This document shows positions 1-10,343 of a DNA stretch of 64,000 bases, in pieces; the first letter of the stretch is position 1; every line of letters begins with the position of its first letter. A program made the translations under genes and the position numbers. Origin of the DNA: an uncultured Lentisphaeria bacterium (GTDB lineage: Bacteria; Verrucomicrobiota; Lentisphaeria; Victivallales; UBA1829); assembly GCA_949282305.1 (NCBI GenBank), contig CASDPB010000047.1:155514-219513 (forward strand), written 5' to 3'. The notes beneath the pieces are model-generated. The model was not told where the DNA came from, did no database searches, and worked only from the letters and a program-made list of their open reading frames with translations.

Positions 1-689
1 TGCCGGACGATCTCCGCAGCCAGCTTGAGACCATACGGGAAATGATCCGCGCATTCGGCTGGAACATCATCGAATGGGACGGTTCGGAAGCGGATGACCT
101 GATCGCCGCGGCAGCGGAGAATTTCAAGGACCGCAAAGTCCTGATTGTCTCCTCCGACAAAGACATCTCGCAGATCATTGACGACCGCATCGAAATGCTC
201 GTGCCGGATCATGACGGAAAGGGTTTTACCAGGCGCGGTGTCCAAGAGACCATCGCGAAATTCGGTGTAAAACCTGCCGCAGTCGTGGATTATCTTTCAT
301 TGATCGGGGACAGTTCCGACAACATTCCCGGAGTCGAAGGCGTAGGCCCCAAAACAGCCGCCGCACTTTTGAATCAGTTTGAATCCATCGAAGACATGCT
401 TGCGAGAACGGATGAAATCAAGCGCGAATCCCTGCGCGAAAAGATCAGGGCGTCCGCCGAGGTCATGCGCCTGAATCAGAAATTGATTCTTCTGGATAAG
501 ACGATTCCCGAAGGACTCACGCTGACGGAGGAATCTTTCCGCCGGAATGCTCCCGACTACCGGAAGATCAGCGAACTCGCATCGCAAATGGAACTGAAAA
601 GCATTCTGAGAGAACTGGAAAAACAGGCTCCCCCCGCTCCGGTTCCGCCGCAAAAAACGCAGTCAACGCAGCTTGAATTCAACTTCTGA
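1..689 (+). CDS. 5'-3' exonuclease (FEN / PolA N-terminal-domain family), 5' end cut by window edge; stand-alone, no polymerase domain
   Basis: Frame open from base 3 to TGA 687-689. H3TH motif LIGDSSDNIPGVEGVGPKTAAALL. The next gene is convergent metH, so no Pol domain can follow. Confidence 0.8.
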   Translation, partial: PDDLRSQLETIREMIRAFGWNIIEWDGSEADDLIAAAAENFKDRKVLIVSSDKDISQIIDDRIEMLVPDHDGKGFTRRGVQETIAKFGVKPAAVVDYLSLIGDSSDNIPGVEGVGPKTAAALLNQFESIEDMLARTDEIKRESLREKIRASAEVMRLNQKLILLDKTIPEGLTLTEESFRRNAPDYRKISELASQMELKSILRELEKQAPPAPVPPQKTQSTQLEFNF

Positions 690-710
690 CCACCGGCTGG
701 AGCCGGACAG

Positions 711-748
711 AAAATCTCCATTGCGTTTTTCACGTCGATGGAGATTCC
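711..748 (-). terminator. candidate intrinsic terminator downstream of metH (possibly shared with the convergent exonuclease gene)
   Basis: 9-bp stem aatctccat/atggagatt (713-721 / 738-746) with a 16-nt loop. On the minus strand the stem runs into TTTTCT. Confidence 0.45.
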
Positions 749-792
749 CCGCATTTTCCGGAAAGCCCGCAATTTCCTGTCATAAAAAGGAA

Positions 793-3700
793 TCATCGCC
801 TTGCGAATGCAAGATACGCGGCGGTCTCCTCCGGAGTCCTGCCGGAACGCTCCGCATAGTCCGCAAGCTGATCGTCACCGATTTTTCCGATACTGAAATA
901 CTTCGCTTCCGGATGCGCAAAATACATGCCGCAGACCGAAGCTCCCGGCTGCATCATATAACTTTCCGTCAATTTCATTCCGAACTTTCTTTCCACATCC
1001 AGCAGACGGAATATTTCCGCCTTGAGCGCATGGTCCGGCGCCGCCGGATAACCTGGCGCGGGACGGATGCCGCGAACCTTTCCGCGGAGCATGTCGGACA
1101 GAGCGGCAGACTCATTCTTCGCATATCCCCAGAATTCGCGGCGAACCCGAAGGAACAGATATTCAGCGAATGCTTCCGCCAGACGGTCCGCAAGTGTTTT
1201 GACAAGGAGCGCGGAATAATTGTCGCCCTGCTCCATGTAACATTTTCCAAGCTCATCCGCTCCGGCGCATGTCACGGCGAAAAATCCCATCCAGGAGTGA
1301 AAGCCGGAACCTTTCCGCGGCAGATAATCCGCAAGGGAAAGATTCGGAATTTCAGTATTCTTCTTCAACTGCTGGCGAAGCATCGGCAGACGCGCCAGCA
1401 CTGACCTGCACCGGGAATCCTCATAAACCTCAATGTCATCCTGAACGGAAACCGCGGGGAAAAGCCCCACGGAGGCGGAACAGCGGAAAAGTTTTCCGCT
1501 ACGGATTTTTTCCAGCAAAGCCTGCGCGTCATGTATCAGCTCCTCGCGGGTATGCACGGCGGCTTCCGTGTCAACTTCCCAGGTATTCAGGAACCTGTCC
1601 CAGTCGATATACGGGATGACCGCCTCCAGCGGTTCATCGGAGAGATCCGTCACCCCCGGACACTGTGGGACTTCGTTCGGCGTGGCGGACCAATCAGAAC
1701 GGAACGCATTTGCACGGGCATCCTCCAGCGAAAGCAGAGGAGCATGCTTCTCCTCGGATTCCGCACGGATCGCCGCATATTCCGCCTGCATTTCGGCAAT
1801 GAACTTTTCCCGCGTGTCCGGATTCATCAGCGCATTCACCAGCAGAACTCCCTGCGAGGCGTCGAGGGCGTGAACCACCGGGCCGCTGTACTGCGGCTGG
1901 ACCTTGACCGCCGTATGCGCCTTTGAAGTGGTCGCCCCGCCGAGAAGCAGCGGAATCTTCATTCCGCGCCGCTCCATTTCGGCGGCAATCGCAACCATCT
2001 CATCCAGAGAAGGCGTGATAAGCCCGCTCAAACCGATCAGATCCGCCTTTTCCTTTTCCGCAGTGTCCAGAATCGTCTGCATGGGAACCATAACGCCGAG
2101 GTCGATGATCTTGTAGTTGTTGCATTGGAGCACAACGCCGGCAATATTCTTGCCGATGTCATGCACGTCTCCTTTCACGGTCGCGATCACGATCGTTCCG
2201 TTGGAGGACGCCGCGCCCGCGTTCCCTTTGCGTGCCTCAATGACGGGAAGGAGTCTGCCGACCGCCTTTTTCATCACACGCGCGCTCTTCACCACCTGCG
2301 GGAGAAACATCTTGCCCTCGCCGAAGAGCTTCCCGACCTGTTTCATGGCGCTCATAAGAGGTCCTTCGATGATTTCCACGGGGTTGCCGAACACTCCGAG
2401 CGCCTCGTCCATGTCAGACTCGATGAACGCATCGTCGCCTTTCAGCATCGCATGGCTGATTCGCTCCTGAAGCGGTTCGCTCCGCCAGTCGGGAGAGGCT
2501 GCGGTCTGCGCGGCGGAAGCATCTTTCCTGTATTTTCCCGCAACTTCGATCAACTTCTCCGCCGCATCGGGACGACGGTTCAGGATCACATCCTCGGCAG
2601 CGTCCCGAAGATCAGACGGGAGGTCTTCATAAATCGCAATCTGTCCCGGATTTACAATTCCCATATCCATGCCGTTGCGGATCGCATGATACAGAAACAC
2701 GCTGTGAAGCGCCTCGCGGACAGTATTATTGCCTCGGAATGAGAAGGAAACATTGCTGACGCCGCCGCTGATTCTGCAGAGCGGCATCGCCTCCTTAATC
2801 GCCTTGACCGAATCAATGAAGTCCTTTGCATAGTTGTCATGCTCCTTCATGCCGGTGGCGACGGCAAATACGTTCGGATCGAAGATGATGTCCTCCGGCT
2901 TGAACCCCGCCTTCTCCGTCAGCAGCTGATAAGAACGTTTGCAAACCGCAACCCTGCGCTCCAGAGTATCCGCCTGTCCCTCCTCGTCGAACGCCATGAC
3001 CAGCACCGCCGCTCCGTAACTCCTGATTCTGCGTGCCTTTTCAAGAAACGGCGTCTCGCCTTCCTTGAGGCTGATCGAGTTGACCACGCACTTACCCTGC
3101 ACACATTTCAGCCCCGTTTCGATGACATCCCACTTTGACGAGTCGATCATGACGGGAACACGGGCAATATCAGGTTCGGAGGTTGCATAGAGCAGGAATC
3201 TTTTCATTGCCTCCGGAGAGTCAAGCATTGCGTCATCCATGTTGACGTCAATGATCTGCGCGCCGTTCTCGACCTGGCTTCGCGCAATATGAACGGCTTC
3301 CTCGTAATTGCCGGCTTTAATGAGATTCAGAAATTTCCTGGAACCCGCCACATTGGTCCGCTCGCCGACATTTACAAAATTCGTGTGTTCCGTAACGACC
3401 AGCGGATCAAGACCGCTCAGCCGGAAATACTTTTTCACTTCCGGCACCCGGTGTCCCGGAATTCCCCTCACGGCATCCGCAATCGCCCTGATATGCGCCG
3501 GAGTCGTGCCGCAGCATCCGCCGACAATGTTCAGGAGATTCGACTCCGCGAACTCTCTGAGGATGCCTCCCATCATTTCAGGACTCTGCGCATAGCGTCC
3601 GAACTCGTCAGGCAGTCCGGCATTCGGATGCGCACTGATCATAAACGGCGCTTTTGCCGCAAGTTCCGCAATATGCGGGCGCATTTCGGCTGCGCCGAGC

Positions 3701-4452
3701 GCACAGTTGAAGCCGATGGTCAACAGGTCGGGCGTGTGTGAAACAGAAATCAGAAACGCTTCGACATTCTGACCGGCAAGCATGCGTCCGCTGGCGTCGC
3801 TGACCGTCCCGGAAATCATGACCGGCATACGGAGCCCGCGCTCCTGAAGCGTGGATTCGATTCCGCAGATCGCCGCTTTGCAGTTCAGCGTGTCGAAGAT
3901 GGTTTCGATCAGCAGAATATCCGCACCGCCGTCGATCAGCCCCGCCGCGGCGACTTTATAGGTCGCCGCAAGTTCGTCGAACGTGATGTTGCGCATGGCG
4001 GGATTGTTGACATCCGGCGACATGGAGGCGGTACGGCCCGTCGGTCCCATGGAGCCTGCCACGAAACGCGGTTTGCCCGGATTGAGCCGGGTATAGGCAT
4101 CCGCCGCTTTCCGGGCAACAGCCGCTCCGGCCTTGTTCAGCTCGTAAACAAGATCCTGAAGCCCGTATTCCTCCTGCGAAACGGCGTTCGAGTTGAAAGT
4201 ATTGGTTTCAATAATATCCGCACCGGCTTCGAGATACGCGTTATGAACCTTCAGCACGGCTTCGGGACAGGTCATGCAGAGCACATCGTTGTTGCCCTTG
4301 AGTTCTTTCCTGAAAGTGGTGAAGTGATGCCTGCGGAAATCTTCCTCCGTAAGCCCCTGCGCCTGAAGCATCGTCCCCATTGCGCCGTCCAGAATCAGAA
4401 TCCTTTCACGGAGCGCGGCATGAAGAAGATCCATATTCATATGTTTTTTCAT
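793..4452 (-). CDS. metH: cobalamin-dependent methionine synthase
   Basis: About 1220 aa. N-terminal LILDGAMGTMLQ homocysteine-methyltransferase start, B12-binding GDVHDIGKNI motif, long C-terminal activation region. Start placed at ATG 4452 (MKKHMNMD); the ORF is open to 4497. Confidence 0.95.
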   Translation of the reverse strand: MKKHMNMDLLHAALRERILILDGAMGTMLQAQGLTEEDFRRHHFTTFRKELKGNNDVLCMTCPEAVLKVHNAYLEAGADIIETNTFNSNAVSQEEYGLQDLVYELNKAGAAVARKAADAYTRLNPGKPRFVAGSMGPTGRTASMSPDVNNPAMRNITFDELAATYKVAAAGLIDGGADILLIETIFDTLNCKAAICGIESTLQERGLRMPVMISGTVSDASGRMLAGQNVEAFLISVSHTPDLLTIGFNCALGAAEMRPHIAELAAKAPFMISAHPNAGLPDEFGRYAQSPEMMGGILREFAESNLLNIVGGCCGTTPAHIRAIADAVRGIPGHRVPEVKKYFRLSGLDPLVVTEHTNFVNVGERTNVAGSRKFLNLIKAGNYEEAVHIARSQVENGAQIIDVNMDDAMLDSPEAMKRFLLYATSEPDIARVPVMIDSSKWDVIETGLKCVQGKCVVNSISLKEGETPFLEKARRIRSYGAAVLVMAFDEEGQADTLERRVAVCKRSYQLLTEKAGFKPEDIIFDPNVFAVATGMKEHDNYAKDFIDSVKAIKEAMPLCRISGGVSNVSFSFRGNNTVREALHSVFLYHAIRNGMDMGIVNPGQIAIYEDLPSDLRDAAEDVILNRRPDAAEKLIEVAGKYRKDASAAQTAASPDWRSEPLQERISHAMLKGDDAFIESDMDEALGVFGNPVEIIEGPLMSAMKQVGKLFGEGKMFLPQVVKSARVMKKAVGRLLPVIEARKGNAGAASSNGTIVIATVKGDVHDIGKNIAGVVLQCNNYKIIDLGVMVPMQTILDTAEKEKADLIGLSGLITPSLDEMVAIAAEMERRGMKIPLLLGGATTSKAHTAVKVQPQYSGPVVHALDASQGVLLVNALMNPDTREKFIAEMQAEYAAIRAESEEKHAPLLSLEDARANAFRSDWSATPNEVPQCPGVTDLSDEPLEAVIPYIDWDRFLNTWEVDTEAAVHTREELIHDAQALLEKIRSGKLFRCSASVGLFPAVSVQDDIEVYEDSRCRSVLARLPMLRQQLKKNTEIPNLSLADYLPRKGSGFHSWMGFFAVTCAGADELGKCYMEQGDNYSALLVKTLADRLAEAFAEYLFLRVRREFWGYAKNESAALSDMLRGKVRGIRPAPGYPAAPDHALKAEIFRLLDVERKFGMKLTESYMMQPGASVCGMYFAHPEAKYFSIGKIGDDQLADYAERSGRTPEETAAYLAFARR

Positions 4453-4613
4453 TGCTGAATCCGGTTGTTGTATTTCATTTCTGCTTATTGTAAGCACATA
4501 CTATATTGCATAATTGCTGTTTTTCCAAACTTAAACGGGAAAAAGGCTTGATTTCGCTCAAAATTATGGCATAGTTTCCTGCAACAGTCAAAACAGAAAG
4601 GCGGAAAACAATT

Positions 4614-5498
4614 ATGGATACGGCAAATCTGATTGCGGAACTCAACGGAAAATTCAGCTCGGAAAGCATCTCCTTCGGCACATGGAAGGGGTCTTCCCTG
4701 CCTGCGGCATTTATCAAAAATCAATATTGCAGAGGCGCGGTATCTCCCTACGGGGCACATGTGCTCTCCTACGTTCCGAACGGGGAAAAGGATCTGCTCA
4801 TGGTATCGGAACTCAGCGTGTATGAGCCGCCGAAGGCAATTCGCGGCGGCATCCCCGTCTGCTGGCCGTGGTTCGGCCCGGCAGCAAAGCCGATGCACGG
4901 CGTTGCGCGCATTCAATTCTGGAACGTCGCGGCTGTCCGGAAGGAAAGCGACGGCTCCGATACGCTTGTCTTTGAACTCTCCATCAGCGAACCGCATCGT
5001 CTCGACGCCGTGTTTGAAGTCAATTTCGGCGCAAAACTCGCCATGAAGCTGATTACGGTCAATCAGGGGGACAGCGCCTATTCCCTCGGCGGCGCGCTCC
5101 ACACCTACTTCTCGGTCGGAGAAATTGAAAAGGCGACGATCTCCGGTCTCGGCGGCTCCACCTACTGCGACCGCGCGGGCGGTGGAAATATTCCCGGCTG
5201 TCTCTGCAAAGGCGATTTCGGCTTCGCCGCCGAAACGGACAACATTTACGCATCGAATGCCGCGGTTACGATCATCGACCCCGTGTTCGGCAGGAAGATT
5301 CTTGTGGAAAAGAGCGGCTCCGAGGCAACGGTCGTATGGAACCCCTGGATTGAAAAATCCAAAAACCTCAGTGACTTCCGCGATGACGAATATCATGTCA
5401 TGGTCTGTGTCGAAGCCGCCAACTGCGGTGACGACATCATCGAACTCAAGCCGGGGATGAGCCACACCCTCGCCCAGACAATTTCGCTGGTCAAGTAA
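4614..5498 (+). CDS. D-hexose-6-phosphate mutarotase (aldose 1-epimerase family, YeaD-like)
   Basis: 294 aa. RGGIPVCWPWFG motif typical of glucose-6-phosphate 1-epimerases. Purine-rich SD-like stretch before ATG 4614. Confidence 0.75.
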   Translation: MDTANLIAELNGKFSSESISFGTWKGSSLPAAFIKNQYCRGAVSPYGAHVLSYVPNGEKDLLMVSELSVYEPPKAIRGGIPVCWPWFGPAAKPMHGVARIQFWNVAAVRKESDGSDTLVFELSISEPHRLDAVFEVNFGAKLAMKLITVNQGDSAYSLGGALHTYFSVGEIEKATISGLGGSTYCDRAGGGNIPGCLCKGDFGFAAETDNIYASNAAVTIIDPVFGRKILVEKSGSEATVVWNPWIEKSKNLSDFRDDEYHVMVCVEAANCGDDIIELKPGMSHTLAQTISLVK

Positions 5499-5513
5499 AA
5501 AACCGGCAGACAC

Positions 5514-5562
5514 AAGGCGCGGAACGTTCTCCGGAAGAAAAACCCGTTCCGCGCCTTTTTTC
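5514..5562 (+). terminator. rho-independent terminator after the epimerase gene
   Basis: 11-bp GC-rich stem ggcgcggaacg/cgttccgcgcc (5516-5526 / 5545-5555) followed by TTTTTT (5556-5561), about 18 nt after the TAA stop. Confidence 0.75.
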
Positions 5563-5618
5563 CGCAGCGGTGAGAGCGCGGAGGCAAAGGAGCCCCGGGA
5601 AAAAGGAAAGCGGAAAAT

Positions 5619-6341
5619 CTATGAAAGCCGCTTTCCGGCAAAACGGTCCATCAGAATCGCAATTCCGCAGACGGCGGCGGTTTCCACGCGCAGAATCCAG
5701 CTGCCGAAATGAAGTCCTCGGAAGCCGGAAATGCGCATCAGTTCCTCCTCGGCTTCCGTAAAGCCGCCCTCCGGCCCGATGAACCACGCAATGGCATTGC
5801 ATGTGCGGGGCATGTCCTCTTCCCCGCATTCGGAAACAGCGCCGTAGAAACTTGCGTCACAGCAGGCTTGGGAATCCCTTGCCGCATCGGAGAAACGCAT
5901 ACTGCCGCAGAGCTCCGGAACAAAGGCGTTGCCGGACTGTTTGCAGGCTTCAAACATCAGCTCCGTCCAGCGTCCGCTGATGGAATCATTGTCGGGAAGG
6001 GAAACGGAGCGCTCACAGATCACGGGAACAATCCTCCGGACCCCCAGCTCGGTGCACTGTTTGAGTATCTGATCCATTTTCTGACGGCGCGGCGGAGCGA
6101 TGTACAGGTGAACGGAAGGTCCCCGCGGAGGAGGCACAGCCGTGCGGGAGCGAAGCACCAGAGTGCGTCCGGCGGCAACTTCGGCTTCTCCGATGTTCCC
6201 TCTGCCGTCCATCAGCAGACAGCGCTCCCCTTCCGAGGCGCGCAGTATCTTGAAAAGATGCGTGCTCTCGTTTTTCTCCAGCCTGACGGAAACTCCGGGC
6301 TCCAGAGCGGCAAGTTCATCGCAGCGGAATCGATGCATCAC
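5619..6341 (-). CDS. rsmE: 16S rRNA (uracil1498-N3)-methyltransferase
   Basis: 240 aa. C-terminal FIGPEGGFTEAEEE and SWILRVETA motifs characteristic of RsmE. Confidence 0.85.
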   Translation of the reverse strand: MMHRFRCDELAALEPGVSVRLEKNESTHLFKILRASEGERCLLMDGRGNIGEAEVAAGRTLVLRSRTAVPPPRGPSVHLYIAPPRRQKMDQILKQCTELGVRRIVPVICERSVSLPDNDSISGRWTELMFEACKQSGNAFVPELCGSMRFSDAARDSQACCDASFYGAVSECGEEDMPRTCNAIAWFIGPEGGFTEAEEELMRISGFRGLHFGSWILRVETAAVCGIAILMDRFAGKRLS

Positions 6342-6347
6342 GTCACC

Positions 6348-7481
6348 TCATACCGCACGGGCTACAAATACAATATTCTCAATCATGCTCAGAATCCGCC
6401 GGGAAGCATCGGGAATTGCAATCTCCGCCAGCTTCTCCCCCATTTTCCGGTATTTCTCCGGATCTTGAAGCCAGTCCCGGACAATGCCAGCGAAACATTC
6501 CTCCGTATAATCGGAATCCCGGACAATCCGCGCCCCGCCGGAGGACGCCAGCCATTGAGCGTTGTCCATCTGATGATTCTCCGCCGCGTAAGGATATGGA
6601 ATCACGACCGCATATTTTCCGAAATAGGCAAGCTCCGTCACAGTGCTTCCCCCCGCCCGGCAGACAATCATATCCGCCGCGGAATAAAAGAGATGCATGT
6701 CCGGCGAAGACTCCAGCAGAAGTTTCCGTCCGCTTCTTCCTTCATAATACCGCTTCAGCTCTTCCAGTTTGCCGGGACCGGCAAGATGAATCAGCTGAAC
6801 CGTATCCCCTCCGGGAAGCGTCCCGGAAATCCGGCTGGCGCGGTTGAGCGACGACGCCCCGAGAGAACCGCCGAACACCAACAGCGTGGGGGCGTCCGCT
6901 TTGAAACCTACGTTCCAGCGGCGGTTGATCTCCTCCACCGCGGCGGCTTTTTCCATCTTGCCCGCCAGCAGCTCATGACGCAAGGGCATACCGGTCAGAA
7001 TCGCCGGGCATCCGCACCGAACACTGTCCGGCGACGGGAAGGAGAGCCCCAGCGCTTTCGCATAACGACTGAGAAATTTGTTCGCCTTGCCGAGACGTGC
7101 ATTGCCGTCATGAAGAAACAGCGGAATTTTCATGGATTTCGCCGCAATGGCGGGCGGCAGCGAAGCAAAACTGCCCATGCAGAGCAAAGCCTGCGGTCTG
7201 AATTCGCGAAACGCACGAATGCACTGGCGGCGTCCGCGCAGAAACGCCAGCAGGAACCGGAACAGTTTCAAAGGATTTTTCGACAGCGGCAGCGCCGCCA
7301 CCTGAAGCGTCTGCACCCCGAACCCGCGGGCGATTTCCGCCTGTTTTGGAGCATTTTTCCCGCCGAGGATCAGAAGGGCACGGCCTCCGGCGGCGTTCAG
7401 TTCACGCGCCACGCTCAGACCGGGATAAAAATGCCCGCCCGTCCCGCCGCAGCTTACGGCAAGTCTTTCCAGTTTCATCAT
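6348..7481 (-). CDS. murG: undecaprenyldiphospho-muramoylpentapeptide beta-N-acetylglucosaminyltransferase
   Basis: 377 aa. N-terminal glycine-rich GGTGGHFYPGLSVA motif. Adjacent to ftsW. Confidence 0.9.
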   Translation of the reverse strand: MMKLERLAVSCGGTGGHFYPGLSVARELNAAGGRALLILGGKNAPKQAEIARGFGVQTLQVAALPLSKNPLKLFRFLLAFLRGRRQCIRAFREFRPQALLCMGSFASLPPAIAAKSMKIPLFLHDGNARLGKANKFLSRYAKALGLSFPSPDSVRCGCPAILTGMPLRHELLAGKMEKAAAVEEINRRWNVGFKADAPTLLVFGGSLGASSLNRASRISGTLPGGDTVQLIHLAGPGKLEELKRYYEGRSGRKLLLESSPDMHLFYSAADMIVCRAGGSTVTELAYFGKYAVVIPYPYAAENHQMDNAQWLASSGGARIVRDSDYTEECFAGIVRDWLQDPEKYRKMGEKLAEIAIPDASRRILSMIENIVFVARAV

Positions 7482-7493
7482 ATCTCAACTCTC

Positions 7494-8738
7494 TCACTTT
7501 TTATGAAAAGGATTCCATCTGTCGAACGTCTCTCTGATTCTTGCCGCCACCCCCAGATGGTAATCGGGATACGCGGCATCCAGCGCCACGCTGACAATGA
7601 GTCCCGTCGCGACAAGACACGATACGAGACTGCTTCCGCCGTAGCTGATGAACGGCGCAGGCATCCCCTTGGTCGGAAATGCGCCGGAAATCACGCCGAT
7701 ATTGATGATCGCCTGCACCGCGATAAATGTTGTGAGCCCGAACGCCAGCAGCATTCCCTGACGGGTTCTTGCACGCGTGCTGATCCTAATCGCCAAAGAG
7801 ACAAACATCGCATAGGCAAAGATCACCACGCACATCCAGACATAGCCGAGCTCCTCGCCGACAATCGAAAGGATAAAGTCCGTATGCGCCTCCGGCAGAT
7901 ACTTGTGCTTGAGTCGGCTCTCCGCAAATCCGACGCCCGTCCAGCTTCCCGAGCCGAGCGCCAGCAGAGACAGCCAGAGCTGGTATCCGGAGCCCGACTG
8001 CGTCTGTTCGGGATTGAGAAACGTTACCAACCGATCCCAGCGGAAGGGGCTGAACCATTTGATCAGGTAGAATCCCGCAGGAATCCCGATCAGAGGCCAC
8101 GGCAGAAGGCAGAGCAGACGCACGCCGGCAGCATACAGCATCGCGAAAAACACCACCATCAGGAGCACCGTCGTGCCGAGATCCTTCCCGATGAACACCA
8201 GTCCCATCACCGGGCCACACACCAGGCAGCTTATGAAAAAGAATTTCCACGGGAACGCCTCGATCATCTTGACGCGATCCGCGCACCATTTCGCGAGAAA
8301 CAGCGACAGAACCACCTTCGCGTATTCCGACGGCTGGATATTGCCCACCCCGGGAATCCTGATCCAGCGCCGCGCGCCGTTGATCGGCGAAAACATCAGC
8401 GCGATGACCAGCAGAATGCAGATTCCCAGCATCAGAATCCAGCTCCAGTCGGAGATCCGTTTGTATCCCAGAAGCAGCGCCGCGCCAAAACCGATCATGC
8501 CGACGCACCCCCACATGATCTGTTTCACGAAATAGGTGGCTCCAGCAATCCCGAACGATGTGGAATACAGCACGGCAAGCCCGAAAAGCAGCAGCATGAC
8601 CGTGGTCACGCACAGCGCCGCCGCCTCCGCCAGAGGCGGTTCGCGCTGCTGAAGCTGAACGCTTTTCTTTTCAAGTTCCCTGGAAAATCTCGGTCTCATC
8701 GCTCCAATTCCGTATTTCAAAACATAAACCCCGTACAC
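7494..8738 (-). CDS. ftsW: SEDS-family peptidoglycan glycosyltransferase (FtsW-type)
   Basis: 414 aa, polytopic. Motifs RRWIRIPGVGNIQPSEYAKV and FISYGGSSL. The FtsW versus RodA call rests on murG adjacency only; start uncertain. Confidence 0.8.
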   Translation of the reverse strand: MYGVYVLKYGIGAMRPRFSRELEKKSVQLQQREPPLAEAAALCVTTVMLLLFGLAVLYSTSFGIAGATYFVKQIMWGCVGMIGFGAALLLGYKRISDWSWILMLGICILLVIALMFSPINGARRWIRIPGVGNIQPSEYAKVVLSLFLAKWCADRVKMIEAFPWKFFFISCLVCGPVMGLVFIGKDLGTTVLLMVVFFAMLYAAGVRLLCLLPWPLIGIPAGFYLIKWFSPFRWDRLVTFLNPEQTQSGSGYQLWLSLLALGSGSWTGVGFAESRLKHKYLPEAHTDFILSIVGEELGYVWMCVVIFAYAMFVSLAIRISTRARTRQGMLLAFGLTTFIAVQAIINIGVISGAFPTKGMPAPFISYGGSSLVSCLVATGLIVSVALDAAYPDYHLGVAARIRETFDRWNPFHKK

Positions 8739-8897
8739 TAATCCATCTTTTCAAAATATCATACCCCGAAACAATCTTTTTTTCATTTTTTTCAGGAACA
8801 GGGCAATTTCAGGCGTTCTCGTGCCCGATTGTCCTCTCCGGACTTGCATTCCATCCTTTTTGAGGGTATCTTACCGGATGAAAGAAAGGATTTGACA

Positions 8898-10301
8898 ATG
8901 GAAGACACAGCATACCGCATGGAAAGCGACAGCATGGGGGAAATCAAGGTTCCCGCCGACAAATACTGGGGAGCGCAGACACAACGCTCCAACACCTACT
9001 TCAATATCGGAATTGATTACATCCCCGAAGAAGTCATTCATGCGCTGGCAATCGTGAAAAAAGCCTCCGCCATCGCCAATATGAAGGCAAAACGCCTTGA
9101 CCCGGCACTCGGCAATGCAATCTGCGAAGCGGCGGACGAAATACTCGCGGGCAAACTCGACGGAAACTTTCCGCTCAAAGTCTGGATGACCGGCAGCGGA
9201 ACGCAATCCAATATGAATCTGAATGAAGTCATCGCAAACCGCGCGTCCGAACTGCTCGGAGGCGTCATCGGGACAAAAAAACCGGTACATCCGAATGACC
9301 ACGTCAATATGTCCCAGTCTTCCAACGACACCTTCCCGACCGCAATGCACATCGCCGCCGGCGAAGCCGTTGTCCGCAGGCTTGTCCCCGCAGTAAGCAA
9401 GCTGCGCGATGCTCTTGAGGAGAAGGCGTGGGAATACGATTCCATCGTCAAGATCGGGCGCACCCATCTGCAGGACGCCGTTCCCCTGACGCTCGGGCAG
9501 GAATTCTCCGGTTATGTGGCGCAGCTCGACTACGCCCTGAAACGGATCACCGCCGTCCTGCCGGAAATTTTCGAGCTTCCACTCGGGGGAACCGCAGTCG
9601 GCACCGGGCTCAATGCGCCGGAAGGATTCGCGGAAAATGCCGCCGGGGAGATCGCCTCCCTGACGAAACTGCCGTTCACTTCCGCCCCCAACAAATTCGC
9701 GCTTCTCGCCGGGCATGACGCCATTGTCGCGCTCTCCGGCACCATCAAGGCACTAGCATGTTCCCTGATGAAGATCGCAAACGATATTCGATGGCTGGCA
9801 AGCGGTCCGCGCTGCGGCATCGGAGAACTTGCCCTGCCGGAAAACGAGCCGGGTTCCTCCATCATGCCCGGAAAAGTCAATCCGACCCAGTGCGAAGCCC
9901 TGACCATGATCTGTGTGCAGGTTGTCGGGCTGGACACCGCCATTTCATTCGCCGGGACACAGGGAAATTTTGAACTGAACGTCTTCAAGCCCGTCATGAT
10001 CTTCGATCTCCTGACCGAAGTGCGTCTGCTTTCCGACTCATGTTCCAATTTCACGGAATTTGCAGTCGCGGGCCTCAGACCCGACCGGAAGCGCATTGCG
10101 GAACTCGTCGAAAAATCCCTGATGCTCGTCACCGCGCTCAGTCCGAAAATCGGATATGACAACGCGGCGAAGATTGCCAAACTGGCGCATAAGGAAAACC
10201 TGACGCTTCGAGAAGCCTGTGCCAAAGCGGGACTCATTTCCCCGGAAGAATATGACAATATCGTCAAACCGGAAAAAATGGCGAAGCCTTACGGCGGATA
10301 A
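8898..10301 (+). CDS. fumC: class II fumarate hydratase
   Basis: 467 aa from ATG 8898 (the ORF opens at TTG 8829). Lyase signature [16 protein letters not shown], of the fumarase rather than the aspartase type. Confidence 0.9.
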   Translation: MEDTAYRMESDSMGEIKVPADKYWGAQTQRSNTYFNIGIDYIPEEVIHALAIVKKASAIANMKAKRLDPALGNAICEAADEILAGKLDGNFPLKVWMTGSGTQSNMNLNEVIANRASELLGGVIGTKKPVHPNDHVNMSQSSNDTFPTAMHIAAGEAVVRRLVPAVSKLRDALEEKAWEYDSIVKIGRTHLQDAVPLTLGQEFSGYVAQLDYALKRITAVLPEIFELPLGGTAVGTGLNAPEGFAENAAGEIASLTKLPFTSAPNKFALLAGHDAIVALSGTIKALACSLMKIANDIRWLASGPRCGIGELALPENEPGSSIMPGKVNPTQCEALTMICVQVVGLDTAISFAGTQGNFELNVFKPVMIFDLLTEVRLLSDSCSNFTEFAVAGLRPDRKRIAELVEKSLMLVTALSPKIGYDNAAKIAKLAHKENLTLREACAKAGLISPEEYDNIVKPEKMAKPYGG

Positions 10302-10343
10302 CGGCGGCACGGCGTCCGCTTCGGGAAAACAGGACAACATCCC

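Noticed and set aside
4453-4613. Possible cobalamin or SAM riboswitch in the metH upstream region
   Set aside because: The region is AT-rich and promoter-like. No B12-box-like GCCACTG core is present on either strand, and it is shared with the divergent epimerase gene.
5709-8741. 1010-aa plus-strand ORF spanning rsmE, murG and ftsW in antisense
   Set aside because: Its translation is Arg/His/Gln/Pro-rich low-complexity sequence with no motifs. The opposite strand encodes three well-supported genes. This is a typical GC-rich shadow ORF.
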